Shown: in pieces, positions 49,776 through 60,231 of the stretch
Position numbering within the stretch: position 1 is the stretch's first letter
Layout of the letters: each line of letters begins with the position of its first letter
NCBI GenBank assembly: GCA_030615745.1
Contig: JAUWYR010000005.1
Location: 5,703-69,702, forward strand
DNA: 64,000 nucleotides
Direction of reading: 5' to 3'
Origin: Candidatus Zixiibacteriota bacterium
Lineage (GTDB): Bacteria > Zixibacteria > MSB-5A5 > SM23-73-2
The notes under the pieces: model-generated
Seen by the model: only the letters and a program-made list of their open reading frames with translations
Database searches by the model: none
What the model was told of the DNA's origin: nothing
Program-made: the position numbers and the translations under genes

Positions 49776-49893
49776 AAAAGCTCCTTTTCTTTAAAGAATT
49801 AACCTTCAATTGAGGCAAAAGCCTACTCGAAAAAAAAATTCTATAGGAGTAGAACATAGCCTCAATCATTTTTAAATCTTTTAAAAAATGTGA

Positions 49894-50673
49894 TCAATAG
49901 ACTTCAACTCTTACACCTGATTTCCCCTCTGTTTGTTTAGCTATTTTCTCCAGCTTGTTTTTTCCAACACCACCAAGGGACCCATCTGCTGGAGGATTCT
50001 CCAAACTATAAAGCTGAACCCATCTTGGCTTTATCATCCCTATCTTTTCTATCCAATCATCTATATCTTTTTGTTTAACATTACCATTTTCTCCATCCAC
50101 GAGCATAGTCTGAATCGCTATATCTCCTACATTTTTTAAATTCTCAACTATTTGATCGAAACTAACCGAGCTACAAGGTCTGTTCACTTTTTTAAAAGTC
50201 TCTTCGTTTCCACAGTCGAGCTTTAGAATGGGCAGATCAACTTTTTTTAAAGCATCTATGACCTCTTTTTTATCAAGAGTAGATGAATTGGATAGGAGAG
50301 CCATTTTTGTATGGGGTAAAAGCTTATTTTTTACCTCGATTACTAAATCTACAATTTTTTCAAAGTCCGGATGAAGGGTTGGTTCCCCATCCCCTGAGAA
50401 GGTGATATAATCTATCTTAATCTTTTTTTGTAAAAAGTTCTCCAAAGCCTTTTTGACATCTTCTGGCTCTGGTAATTCATTTTTAAAATCTGAAAGGTCT
50501 GAGGTGAGGTATTTTGTCCAACCATAATGGCAATATACACAGTTGAAACTACACACTTTATATCTGGTTGGAGAAAGGTTTACCCCCAAAGATCTCCTGA
50601 GTCTTCTGGAGTTGACCGGTCCATAAATTATTGTCTTTTTAAGCCTCAGAACCTGCAAATTATACCTTTCCAA
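49894..50673 (-). CDS. Radical SAM protein
   Basis: CSFNCVYCHYGW (CxxxCxxC) preceded by a GPVNSRRLRRSLGVNLSP motif. Subfamily unresolved. Confidence 0.65.
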   Translation of the reverse strand: MERYNLQVLRLKKTIIYGPVNSRRLRRSLGVNLSPTRYKVCSFNCVYCHYGWTKYLTSDLSDFKNELPEPEDVKKALENFLQKKIKIDYITFSGDGEPTLHPDFEKIVDLVIEVKNKLLPHTKMALLSNSSTLDKKEVIDALKKVDLPILKLDCGNEETFKKVNRPCSSVSFDQIVENLKNVGDIAIQTMLVDGENGNVKQKDIDDWIEKIGMIKPRWVQLYSLENPPADGSLGGVGKNKLEKIAKQTEGKSGVRVEVY

Positions 50674-50930
50674 TCGGACAAAGAACTATCACTTAAAATA
50701 GAATTAATAATACTAAATTGTGAAAAAAATGTCAAGGAAAATGGCTTTTTTATTTAGAGGGAATAGTTAATTCAAAAAACCGAAATCTTCCATTCATCTT
50801 AAATAATCATAACCAGATTGGTTAATTTATTTATAAATCGTTTCCATTTGTACTATCCTAAAGAATTGAAAGTTAACATACTCAGCTTCAATAGCCGTGC
50901 AACAAAGAAGGCAAATTTAGAAATTTTTTT

Positions 50931-53363
50931 TCATCGGGTGCAGGGTGCCGGTCCGCCTTTGAGCAGATAGTTAGCTAAATAGATTACGTCAGCTAGATCA
51001 ACTTTATCATCGCAATTAACATCAGCGGATATAGGGGGATCCGGTTCAGGACCACCTTTCAACAGATAGTTAGCTATATATATCACATCCCCTAAGTCGA
51101 TTTTTCCATCCCCATTTGCATCTCCGATAATGAAAGGATTAGCTAAGATCGATATGCTGGCTACCGCTGCCTTGGTGAAATCGACATAATAAGCAGTATC
51201 AAAAGCAAATACCCGGTCATCAGTTGAGTGGTAATGGGGATTGAAATCATCGAAATCCTCAATTCCCAAGATAGCTGGGAAGTTATAATCCCAGAATGAG
51301 GCGTGATCAGAGCGATCGGTAGCACCCCCAGTTATCTTCTGTGAGATTAAGTTCAGTCCGTAATCTGATATAGTGCTTATGAAAATATCAGCCAGAGCCT
51401 GATTTTCTGAGGGATACCCACAATGAACCTCAATTATGTCATCCCCGTTCCCATCGTAGGCAATCATATCAAAGTTCACAACCCCAAGGATAGTATCTCC
51501 TCGATTGTAAGCCTCCTCAGCATAGGCAGCTGATCCTAAAAGCCCCTGCTCCTCCCCTGCGAATGCCACGAACTTCACTGTGTTGACCAAATAATACTCT
51601 TTCAAAATAGAAGCAGAAGTTAAAAGGGAAACTGTGCCTGAGGCATTGTCATCTGCACCCGGAGCCCAATTGTAGGGATCTTCAGAGACATCATCGTAGT
51701 GCCCGGTGATCAAAAACTCCCTTCCCGGATAAATCAAGCCATCAATTGTGGCAACTACATTCAAAAGGGTCTCAGGCTCCACATTCTCATATTGGGAAAA
51801 CCAGCTCTGACCTCCATCGGTGGTCTTGATTATCTCATAATAGCCAGTAGCATAGCCGGTCAGAGAATCGATAAAGTCCACACCATAGAGGTAATAGGCA
51901 TTGGAGGGCTGAGAGACCCAGTTAGCACCCAGATCAGATGTGTGAAAGACACTTCCGTCAAAGCCAACCATCCAGCCGTGCAAACTATCCGGGAAAACTA
52001 TATTATTCAGGGTAGTAGATGTGAAAAGATCCTTTTGGTTCCAGTTAGTCCCTCCATCCGTGGTGTAGACCACCCAACCACCATCTCCAACAGCCCAACC
52101 GTTTAAAGAATCAACAAAATCAACTCCTCTGAAATGGTTTAGAGTTCCGCTGGACTGAGAACTCCAGTTTGTCCCTCGGTTAGTTGTGTGTAAAATAGTT
52201 CCACTCGACCCTACTACCCATCCTCGGTACGGATCCACAAAGTCTATACCATACAACCTCCCACTAACCACTTGTTCTTGCTGGGTCCAGTTCTCACCTC
52301 CGTCTACGGTGAATAGAACTTTACCTTCATCTCCTACAACCCATCCAGCATGTGCATCTTCAAAATAGCTTCCCCGGAAAGCTAAGTTAATAAATTCGGG
52401 TTTGCTTTTGTTCTCCCAGGTATCCCCTCCATCAGTAGATCTGATAATAAAACCGTAATCCCCCACCGACCACAAAGTGTCATCATCCACCCGGCAGATA
52501 TCCCACAGATAAAGAGATTCACTTCCTGCAACTAAACTCCAGTAATCCCCACCATTGACAGTCTTCAATATACCCCCCCAATAACTAACTGACCAGGCTT
52601 TCTGTCCATCAGGACTGCATACCACATCCAATAGATAAGCTCCAAATCCACCAATCTGAAAAGTGTCAAATTCAGCAGATAATCCCATCTCCTCAAACCT
52701 CTCCTTAAGATAATGGGCTGCTTTAAAGACTCCATCACTATAAGAATACCTTGTCTTAATCGAATCCTCAAACCCCCCAATCAAAACTGTATCCTCGCCA
52801 GAGAGATCATCGATCCAAGAAAGGAGTTGAGCTTGGTCGACTCTGTTCACTATACTGTCTATGAAAGGATCATACTCCGGGGATAAAGATTCCAGATATG
52901 AGGAGACATATGTTTTCGATTCTAAAGGCAGAGGTTTTTTTTGGATCTTTTTTAAGCTAAATCCTAATAAAGCTAATTCCTCAATCTTCTTAGGATTACC
53001 CTTGACTATAGCTACGTTCTCATCCGTGATCAACACCTTAGATTTAGTCTTTATCTTTGGCAGTTGAGGTTGAATTACTTCTGAAGGCTTTGACCATACT
53101 AAATAATACTCACCAACGTCTGCTTCCTGATCTAATATCTGAAAAGTTACCCCCTCTTTACTTAGAAATTCTAAATCTTTTTTGTTCGCGCCCGCAATCC
53201 AGAAATTTGTGGTCTTGGCATATACTTCAATTTCAGTGTTTTTTATCTTATCAATGGTTAGCTGGTCTACCTGATCAATTCTGATCAGATAGTTTGGCTG
53301 AGACCATGCTGAACTGGAAAGAACGAAAAAGCAGACGCTCAATAAAACTAACAGCTTTTTCAT
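50931..53363 (-). CDS. Secreted M28-family aminopeptidase with an inserted 7-blade BNR/Asp-box beta-propeller and C-terminal dockerin-like module
   Basis: Signal peptide. M28 metal ligands (HYDD, GADDNASG, FAGEEQGLLGS, ...H). Seven SxDxGxTW-type Asp-boxes between residues about 245 and 560. C-terminus GDANGDGKIDLGDVIYIANYLLKGGPEP + [27 protein letters not shown]. Confidence 0.7.
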   Translation of the reverse strand: MKKLLVLLSVCFFVLSSSAWSQPNYLIRIDQVDQLTIDKIKNTEIEVYAKTTNFWIAGANKKDLEFLSKEGVTFQILDQEADVGEYYLVWSKPSEVIQPQLPKIKTKSKVLITDENVAIVKGNPKKIEELALLGFSLKKIQKKPLPLESKTYVSSYLESLSPEYDPFIDSIVNRVDQAQLLSWIDDLSGEDTVLIGGFEDSIKTRYSYSDGVFKAAHYLKERFEEMGLSAEFDTFQIGGFGAYLLDVVCSPDGQKAWSVSYWGGILKTVNGGDYWSLVAGSESLYLWDICRVDDDTLWSVGDYGFIIRSTDGGDTWENKSKPEFINLAFRGSYFEDAHAGWVVGDEGKVLFTVDGGENWTQQEQVVSGRLYGIDFVDPYRGWVVGSSGTILHTTNRGTNWSSQSSGTLNHFRGVDFVDSLNGWAVGDGGWVVYTTDGGTNWNQKDLFTSTTLNNIVFPDSLHGWMVGFDGSVFHTSDLGANWVSQPSNAYYLYGVDFIDSLTGYATGYYEIIKTTDGGQSWFSQYENVEPETLLNVVATIDGLIYPGREFLITGHYDDVSEDPYNWAPGADDNASGTVSLLTSASILKEYYLVNTVKFVAFAGEEQGLLGSAAYAEEAYNRGDTILGVVNFDMIAYDGNGDDIIEVHCGYPSENQALADIFISTISDYGLNLISQKITGGATDRSDHASFWDYNFPAILGIEDFDDFNPHYHSTDDRVFAFDTAYYVDFTKAAVASISILANPFIIGDANGDGKIDLGDVIYIANYLLKGGPEPDPPISADVNCDDKVDLADVIYLANYLLKGGPAPCTR

Positions 53364-53831
53364 TTCTTCTCCTTTCTTTTTAAAGGTTTGAACACTTAGT
53401 TTTTGTTCTGAGTTAGTTAATAAAACTATTCGATATTATCTCAACTCTCTGTGTCAAAAAAAAGAGCCTAACACAAAGTAAAAAGACCCAAGCTTCAAGC
53501 TCCTTCAGACTCTTCTACGATGTAAATATACGCAAATAATCCAAAATGTCAATACTAATGAGTAAAAAAAATGCTCTACTTTTTGGCAGAATAAGGCTCT
53601 ACACTGATCAATAGGAGTAATTGTCTGAATAGATTAACCTATATTCATTGCGTTAAGTCACTCCTTGAGCTTTTTTAAATGCTTATGAAACAAATCCAGA
53701 ACAAAAGGTATGATTTTAACCTTAAGCCATTAAGAATAAACAGGTGAAAGAGAGCCGCTACCCTTTGAACAAAATCCTTATTACAAATTGAGTATGATAT
53801 GAGGAATATAATTTTAAATCTACAGCATCAT

Positions 53832-54704
53832 TTAAGATCTCAGACCCGAAACTACCCTCCTTATACCTGCTAAATCCTTAACTATCCTTATTTGATTATA
53901 TAATGAACTTGAGGAGAGAAACTCAAGAAGCTTCTCAGCATTACCTAAAGCAATCTCCAAAACCAATAAACCTCCCTTTTTCAGATATTTTACCCCTTCT
54001 TTCGCAATCTTTTTATGAAAATTTATCCCATCATCGCCACACAAAAAAGCAATTTCTGGCTCAAAATCCTTGATCTCTTTATCTAAATTCTTGTAGTCAG
54101 AATCTTTAACATAAGGAGGGTTGGAAACAATACAATCAAAAAAATCAACAAGATTTTTATTTTTTAGAGGATCAAAAAAATCACCCAGGACAAACTTAAC
54201 TCTTTTCTCAACTTTAAAAATCTTTGCATTTTCTAAAGCAAGTTCCAAAGCGTCTTTTGAAATATCAGTGGCATAAACAAAAGAGTTTTTTAACTCATAA
54301 GCCAGAGTTATTGCGATAACTCCTGAGCCTGTTCCGATATCGATTATTTTTATAGGCTCAGATTCTTTTTTTATGAAGTGCTGGATAACTTCATTAACCA
54401 AGGTCTCGGTCTCAGGGCGAGGTATCATTGCTCTTGGGTCAGTTTTAAATTCCAATCCATAGAATCCTGTGTTTTTTATAATGTATTGGATAGGCTTTCC
54501 TGAAATCCTTTCTTTTAGGTAAAAGAAAAGCTTATCTTTTTCTTTTTCAGATAGAATTTTCTCTCTGTTTAAATATAGGTCCACCCTTTTTAAGTTTAAA
54601 ATCGAGGATAGAAAAAGCTCAGATGTTGAGCGGGGATTTGGGAGGTTTTTCTCTTTTAAAAGGGAAGTTGCGGAGTTTAAAGTTTCAAGGAGAGTTTGAG
54701 CCAT
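53832..54704 (-). CDS. prmC: Release-factor glutamine N5-methyltransferase
   Basis: IDIGTGSGVIAI motif I and the NPPY motif (VSNPPYV). Confidence 0.85.
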   Translation of the reverse strand: MAQTLLETLNSATSLLKEKNLPNPRSTSELFLSSILNLKRVDLYLNREKILSEKEKDKLFFYLKERISGKPIQYIIKNTGFYGLEFKTDPRAMIPRPETETLVNEVIQHFIKKESEPIKIIDIGTGSGVIAITLAYELKNSFVYATDISKDALELALENAKIFKVEKRVKFVLGDFFDPLKNKNLVDFFDCIVSNPPYVKDSDYKNLDKEIKDFEPEIAFLCGDDGINFHKKIAKEGVKYLKKGGLLVLEIALGNAEKLLEFLSSSSLYNQIRIVKDLAGIRRVVSGLRS

Positions 54705-54734
54705 GGAAAAAATTCAAAATTAAAAGTTAAAAAT

Positions 54735-54959
54735 TCAAAAAAAATCTTTTTCTATCTGGTCTAAATGGCTAAATGGGAAACATGGGGTGGAACAACCCCT
54801 TTTCGGATGACCAATAAGCCAGTTCTTTGAAGAACCGCTGAATTTTTTGATTGGGATTGAAATCTCTGAAAATCCTTCTCGAAACAGTAACTTAGGTAAA
54901 AGAACTATTCCTAACCCTAATGTGCTGAAAATCTTAAAAAATCTTCTTCGAGAAATCAT
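54735..54959 (-). CDS. Small protein with twin-arginine (Tat) signal peptide
   Basis: MISRRRFFKIFSTLGLGIVLLP. Only about 45 residues would remain after signal cleavage. Could also be the remnant of a larger gene. Confidence 0.3.
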   Translation of the reverse strand: MISRRRFFKIFSTLGLGIVLLPKLLFREGFSEISIPIKKFSGSSKNWLIGHPKRGCSTPCFPFSHLDQIEKDFF

Positions 54960-55035
54960 TTTAGTCTTAAGTTAATCTTTTGTATTCCAGGTTGTCTCGA
55001 ACTATGTTCATATCGCACAAATCCACCTTGTGCTT

Positions 55036-55107
55036 GCCGGGTCCCCCCTGGCTGGGCAGGCTGACCCGGCAATACTTTCCCTGGTCTGGTCAGGGGACCA
55101 GACCAGC
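55036..55107. repeat. Two-hairpin GC-rich REP module (family C copy)
   Basis: gccgggtcccccctggctgggcaggctgacccggc + ctggtctggtcaggggaccagaccagc. Confidence 0.65.
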
Positions 55108-55125
55108 ACTACGAAGTTAATTATT

Positions 55126-56451
55126 TTATTCAATAAATTTAAATCGTTTTATCTTCATCGCTGGAACATACATAACCACACCGAATTGAGGACAGACCTT
55201 CCTTTTTTTGGTCATCATCTCGACATTTGAAAAAGCATCTAATATGCTTTGTCCCATCCTCATATTCTTAACCCCAGATTTTATCTTTCCATTCTCTATC
55301 AAAAAAGTCCCATCCTGGGTGGTTCCGGTGATCTCGGTTCTCATCGGATTCAAAAAGTTAATATACCAGAAGCGGGTTATAAATATCCCTTTTTCAGTCG
55401 ATTTTATCATTTGCTCCATACTCGAATTCCCGGAACCCATAACCATATTTTTTGGATAAGGACCATAAGGGTTGTTAGGCAAAAGTGCATGACCAGTGGA
55501 CTCTACTTTAGCTTTGTTAGCATAATAAGAATTGTAGACCACACCTTTTGCTACGCCATTTTCGATCAACTTGACCTTTTTCTTGGCAACACCTTCATAG
55601 TCAAAGGGAATACCGGGCATCTCAGTCAAAAATGGGTCTTCTACAATTGTGATATTATCCCCGGTTATCTTTTCCCCTATCTTCCCTGACATAAAGCTTC
55701 TTTGTTGAATAAATGTTTTACCTCCGAATCCTAAAAAGCCCAAGAACAAAAGGAGTGAGGCAACTGCTGCTTCTTCTAAAATAACAGTATATTCACCAGG
55801 GGGGAGCTCCTCTCGATTTTCAGACATTAAAGTTTTTTTTATTGCAGTTTCTGTTATACTTTCTATATCGATTTTACTTATATCTCTTGACAAGCCCTGA
55901 GCCCAGCCAGATTGACCATCTTTGCTTGAAGTTAAACTCAGGTATGCCTCAGTCCCCTTAAAATATTGCCTTATCCCCAAGGAATTGGAAACAGCCAAAC
56001 TTTGTGTTGTGGTTTCAAAGGCGCCGCTGGCATAAAGGTTCAAAGTCTTGCACTTTTTTACTATCAGGTCAACTGAGTCCGCCCTATCTTCTGGAGAAAA
56101 ATCAAAAGTATTTTTATAAAATCCAAAGACCTCTTTTGCTCTGGGTGAAGTGGGTAAGGACAAAAACTCAGGATCCTCTTCCATATTCTTTGCAATCTCA
56201 GTTGCATTTTCAACAACTTTTTTAATATCATCATCTTCAATACCATTGGTAACTGCCACCCCCACTTTCTTGCCTAAAACAGCTCTAACAAAAAGAGCAT
56301 GGTCATATTTAGCCACATTCTGATGAATTACATTCTCCGCAAATCTGGTAAGATTAGTATCCTCCTCCAGAAGCAAAAGCTCAGTCTGGTCAGCTGAGGA
56401 GAATCTCAGCCCTTTTTCCAATATTTCCAGAGTTTTTTCTTTTTCGATCAT
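55126..56451 (-). CDS. pmbA: TldE/PmbA-family metalloprotease-associated protein
   Basis: 441 aa with TldD/PmbA family collinearity. Paired with tldD. Confidence 0.8.
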   Translation of the reverse strand: MIEKEKTLEILEKGLRFSSADQTELLLLEEDTNLTRFAENVIHQNVAKYDHALFVRAVLGKKVGVAVTNGIEDDDIKKVVENATEIAKNMEEDPEFLSLPTSPRAKEVFGFYKNTFDFSPEDRADSVDLIVKKCKTLNLYASGAFETTTQSLAVSNSLGIRQYFKGTEAYLSLTSSKDGQSGWAQGLSRDISKIDIESITETAIKKTLMSENREELPPGEYTVILEEAAVASLLLFLGFLGFGGKTFIQQRSFMSGKIGEKITGDNITIVEDPFLTEMPGIPFDYEGVAKKKVKLIENGVAKGVVYNSYYANKAKVESTGHALLPNNPYGPYPKNMVMGSGNSSMEQMIKSTEKGIFITRFWYINFLNPMRTEITGTTQDGTFLIENGKIKSGVKNMRMGQSILDAFSNVEMMTKKRKVCPQFGVVMYVPAMKIKRFKFIE

Positions 56452-56465
56452 AAAATTTTTTCTAA

Positions 56466-56687
56466 CTAACGATTGAAATATCCAATGCCTTCATTTACAA
56501 AGATGCGTTCCATAGCTTCTATTTCAGAGCCTCCTGCCTTTTTTATGGCATTCTCCAAACTTTCTCTGGTAGTATAGGGGATAACTACTTCATCTTTTTC
56601 CGGACAATAGATGCCATAATAAACATACTTCCAACCACTTTTATCATCGAGATCTCGCATCGTGATTCTGACTTTTGATAGTGGCAT
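56466..56687 (-). CDS. Small hypothetical protein between tldD and pmbA
   Basis: A 73-aa ORF with protein-like composition, encoded in the 100-bp gap between the two protease genes on the same strand. Confidence 0.3.
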   Translation of the reverse strand: MPLSKVRITMRDLDDKSGWKYVYYGIYCPEKDEVVIPYTTRESLENAIKKAGGSEIEAMERIFVNEGIGYFNR

Positions 56688-56781
56688 ATTTTACTCCTGT
56701 TTAAAGGATACTAAGTTTAAACTCTAAATCCCTAATCTTTTCACATGAATTCTTTTGACTAATCAAAAAATTTTTAAAAAA

Positions 56782-58248
56782 CTACTCTCCCACCTTCACA
56801 TTCCTGAACCTGCAGGGGCTTGCACCCTGACCAACCTCCATATTTTGTGGTGGCTGTCCTTTGCCACAGTTGGGTGTTCCCCAGACTTTCCAATGTTTTT
56901 CATTGGCAACAGCATCGCAGGAGTTCCAGAACTCTACAGTATTGCCCGAATAGGTTGGCTTTTTTATCATATCACCTAATTTACCATTCTTTATCTCCCA
57001 GCCGATCTCACATCCCATCTTGAAATTATCTCTGTTGTCATCAATTGACCAGGAGGAAACTGTCTCTAAATATATTCCATCATCAACTTCAGAGATCATA
57101 TCCTTCAGAGTATACTTGCCAGGCAAAAGATTGGTATTAGTCATCCTTATTATGGGGACATCTCCCCAGCCTTCTGCTCTCATGCTGGCATTGCTTTTTG
57201 TCCCTATTATATCTGCTGTCTCCCTTGAGGTTAAGTATCCAACTAAAACCCCATCTTTTATCAAATAACCCTTTTTTGCCTTAACACCTTCATCGTCGTA
57301 TCCAAAAGTTCCCAGGCCACCAGGATAGGTTGGATCTGTTACCACATTGACTATATCAGATGCATATTTTAACTTGCCCAATTTGTCAACTGTTGCAAAG
57401 CTCGTTCCAGAAAAGTTCTTTTCAGCTCCGAAAACCCTATCCAACTCCAAGGGATGACCGATCGACTCATGGATCTGTAAAGATATCTGTGCTCCGTCAA
57501 GTATAATAGTTTTAATTCCAGTAGGACAGGGTTTAGCATCCAACAAAGCTTTTGCCTCCTCAGCTACTCTTTCTGCATTCTCCTCTAATCTCAACTCCCC
57601 AATTAACTCATATCCTTTGGTCTGATATTCCCCTGAGGAGTTAGGATAAGACCTTCTTCCCATCTCCCTATGAGACCTCATTGCCAAAGCGGAAATCCCG
57701 GCACCACTCTGGATTATCTCCTGCTCGATTTTCGACCCTTCTGATGAAGCAAAATATTTTTTCTCTTTTTTGAAACTCATAAAGGATTCAAAAAATCTTA
57801 CACTTGAAGTCTTTTTTGTAATCTGATATAAAGATAGCAGATAATCGAGCTTCTCCTTTAGAGAAATTTTAAATGGGTCGATTTGAATTAGTGTTTTATA
57901 GGTATCGACGATTTTTTCAACAGGTGATAATACCACATCATTTTTTTTCACCTTCGCGCTTGCCTTTGCGATCTCAACTGCGAGCTCAGATACTTTTTTC
58001 ACACTATCAAGTGTAAGCTCACAGGATGATGCAAATCCCCAGGAACCTTTGGCAATTACCCTTATCCCAAATCCCAAACTTTCATATTTATCTATTAATT
58101 CTGGAATCGCATTTTTTACATTGATACTTTCATCCTGGTTGTGAACAATTCTTATATCAGCATAGGTTGCTCCAGAAGATTTAGTTTGATCTAATGCAAC
58201 CTCAGAAATTTTATCGAAATCGACCATATCGTCAATCTCTTGATTCAT
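56782..58248 (-). CDS. tldD: TldD-family metalloprotease
   Basis: HESIGHPLELD (HExxxH-like zinc site) with TldD collinearity. Confidence 0.85.
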   Translation of the reverse strand: MNQEIDDMVDFDKISEVALDQTKSSGATYADIRIVHNQDESINVKNAIPELIDKYESLGFGIRVIAKGSWGFASSCELTLDSVKKVSELAVEIAKASAKVKKNDVVLSPVEKIVDTYKTLIQIDPFKISLKEKLDYLLSLYQITKKTSSVRFFESFMSFKKEKKYFASSEGSKIEQEIIQSGAGISALAMRSHREMGRRSYPNSSGEYQTKGYELIGELRLEENAERVAEEAKALLDAKPCPTGIKTIILDGAQISLQIHESIGHPLELDRVFGAEKNFSGTSFATVDKLGKLKYASDIVNVVTDPTYPGGLGTFGYDDEGVKAKKGYLIKDGVLVGYLTSRETADIIGTKSNASMRAEGWGDVPIIRMTNTNLLPGKYTLKDMISEVDDGIYLETVSSWSIDDNRDNFKMGCEIGWEIKNGKLGDMIKKPTYSGNTVEFWNSCDAVANEKHWKVWGTPNCGKGQPPQNMEVGQGASPCRFRNVKVGE

Positions 58249-58266
58249 ACGGAGATGCTCCGCATC

Positions 58267-59133
58267 CTATAAACTATGAGGAACTAAATACATCAAAAGC
58301 GTAACTAAAAAACTTGCAAAAACCATCCAGAAGTAAGTTTTTTCACCGAAAAGATTTTTTTGAGGATCACCGGATAAAAAAGAGCCTTTAACTAAAATCA
58401 AAGTGATAAGCCAGAAAAGAAAGACTATTTGGGTTTTATTATCTGTTATATCTTTTCCAAAAGGGAAAGCCTCCCACAAAACCCCAAAAGCATACCAGTT
58501 CAAAGCCCATCCCAGAGGAAAAGTTCCCAGAAAAAGCAGAGATAGAGTAATTTTTGACAAGTTCACAGATTTTTGCAGGCTGATTTTTTTTCTTTTAAGG
58601 TCAAATATGGAGAAAAACGAAAGAAAGGCAAATAATATCCCCCCGAACATAGCTAATATATGGGGAATCAAAACAAAACCTGGGACCTCTCCTTCAAATT
58701 TTAGCCTGATAGGTTTTATTTCCGAATTTTTGGGCTCAGGAAGGGTAAGCAAACCCTTACCCTCTTTATCAGTAACTTTTATGTAATAAAATGCCTGATC
58801 CCCTTTTGGCTGATGAGGAATAATCCCCTTGAAATAAGAACTCTCCTCTTTCTCAGAGTTCATCAAAGTGGAGTAGTAATCAGTGTAGATTTCAGCTTTT
58901 TTCTTTTTGATTTTATAGAAAAGAAATACCTGATTTTCCGGACTTTGAATTCCTGTTACTTTAGCTGAAATAACTGCGTCTCCACCTCCTTCTTTCTTTG
59001 GAACTGTCTTATGCTCAATTGTTATTCCCCCTTTTTTCACCATCTGATTAACAGATCTAACCATAGAGGTCTTCCTTGCGACAACTAAAAGGATGATAGT
59101 CAAGATTAAGGCAAGAATGATTTTCAGCTTCAT
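58267..59133 (-). CDS. Membrane protein (hypothetical), N-terminal signal-anchor and C-terminal 4-5 TM domain
   Basis: ORF with a hydrophobicity pattern only. Confidence 0.4.
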   Translation of the reverse strand: MKLKIILALILTIILLVVARKTSMVRSVNQMVKKGGITIEHKTVPKKEGGGDAVISAKVTGIQSPENQVFLFYKIKKKKAEIYTDYYSTLMNSEKEESSYFKGIIPHQPKGDQAFYYIKVTDKEGKGLLTLPEPKNSEIKPIRLKFEGEVPGFVLIPHILAMFGGILFAFLSFFSIFDLKRKKISLQKSVNLSKITLSLLFLGTFPLGWALNWYAFGVLWEAFPFGKDITDNKTQIVFLFWLITLILVKGSFLSGDPQKNLFGEKTYFWMVFASFLVTLLMYLVPHSL

Positions 59134-59148
59134 ATCTAAGGGAAAAAA

Positions 59149-60222
59149 CTAAATTTCCTTTAAGTCCTCTTCTCTTTTTTGTCTTTTCAAAGCTTCGATG
59201 AACTCATCTAAATCTCCTGTCAAAATATTATCAAGTTTATACAATGTCAAGCCAATTCTATGGTCAGTAACTCTACCTTGAGGGAAATTATAGGTTCTTA
59301 TCTTCTCGGACCGATCACCGGATTTCACCATATTTTTTCTTTCCTTATCTATTTTTTCCTTTTGCTCCCTTTTAACTTTATCCAGAAGCCTTGCCCTTAA
59401 GACCTTCAAAGCTTTATTTTTGTTCTTAAGCTGTGATTTCTCATCCTGGCAGGTAACTACAGTATTGGTTGGAATGTGGGTGATTCTTACTGCTGAGTCT
59501 GTGGTATTGACCGATTGACCTCCTGGTCCGGATGACCTGAAAACATCTATTCTCAAATCTTCCGGGTCTATTTCAATCTCGACCTCCTCCGCCTCAGGAA
59601 GCACCGCTACTGATGCGGCAGAGGTATGTATTCTCCCTGAAGCTTCTGTTATGGGAACACGCTGGACCCGATGAACTCCAGATTCGTATTTCAGGGTCCC
59701 ATAAGCATCGTCACCCTCCACCAAAAATATGATCTCTTTAAATCCACCCACCCCGGTGGGATTGGAGGACAGGACCTCTGCTCTCCATCCTTTTCTCTCT
59801 GCATATTTGAGATACATCTTATACAAATCTGAAGCAAAAAGCCCGGCCTCCTTCCCACCTGTTCCAGCACGTATCTCCAATATGGTATTCCTTACATCGT
59901 GGGGGTCTTTGGGCAGAAGCAAAAGCTTTAATTTATTCTCAAATTCTTTTTTCTGAGGATAAAGTTCCTCCAGCTCAGATTTAGCAAGTTCAACTAATTC
60001 GGGGTCTTTTGAGTTGTTTTTAATTTTCTCATCCTCTTCTATCTGGTTAATCAATCTTTTATATTTAGAGCCTAATTCCATGATCTCAGAGAGGTCCTTA
60101 TGTTCTTTGGCTATTTTCTTATACTTTCTCTTGTCCGATAACACATCCGGGTCAGACAAAAGATTTGTTAATTCTTTATATTTTTTTTCTATTTTCTCTA
60201 AAATATCAAGCATAATACACAA
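59149..60222 (-). CDS. prfA: Peptide chain release factor 1
   Basis: GGQ motif ([22 protein letters not shown]) and the RF1 PxT-type region. The true start is probably MLDILEK (60213). Confidence 0.9.
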   Translation of the reverse strand: MCIMLDILEKIEKKYKELTNLLSDPDVLSDKRKYKKIAKEHKDLSEIMELGSKYKRLINQIEEDEKIKNNSKDPELVELAKSELEELYPQKKEFENKLKLLLLPKDPHDVRNTILEIRAGTGGKEAGLFASDLYKMYLKYAERKGWRAEVLSSNPTGVGGFKEIIFLVEGDDAYGTLKYESGVHRVQRVPITEASGRIHTSAASVAVLPEAEEVEIEIDPEDLRIDVFRSSGPGGQSVNTTDSAVRITHIPTNTVVTCQDEKSQLKNKNKALKVLRARLLDKVKREQKEKIDKERKNMVKSGDRSEKIRTYNFPQGRVTDHRIGLTLYKLDNILTGDLDEFIEALKRQKREEDLKEI

Positions 60223-60231
60223 TCCTCTTGC

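Noticed and set aside
49642-49869. 75-aa ORF between tdh and the radical SAM gene
   Set aside because: Low-complexity translation, no RBS, and it overlaps the tdh start region in another frame. Judged spurious.
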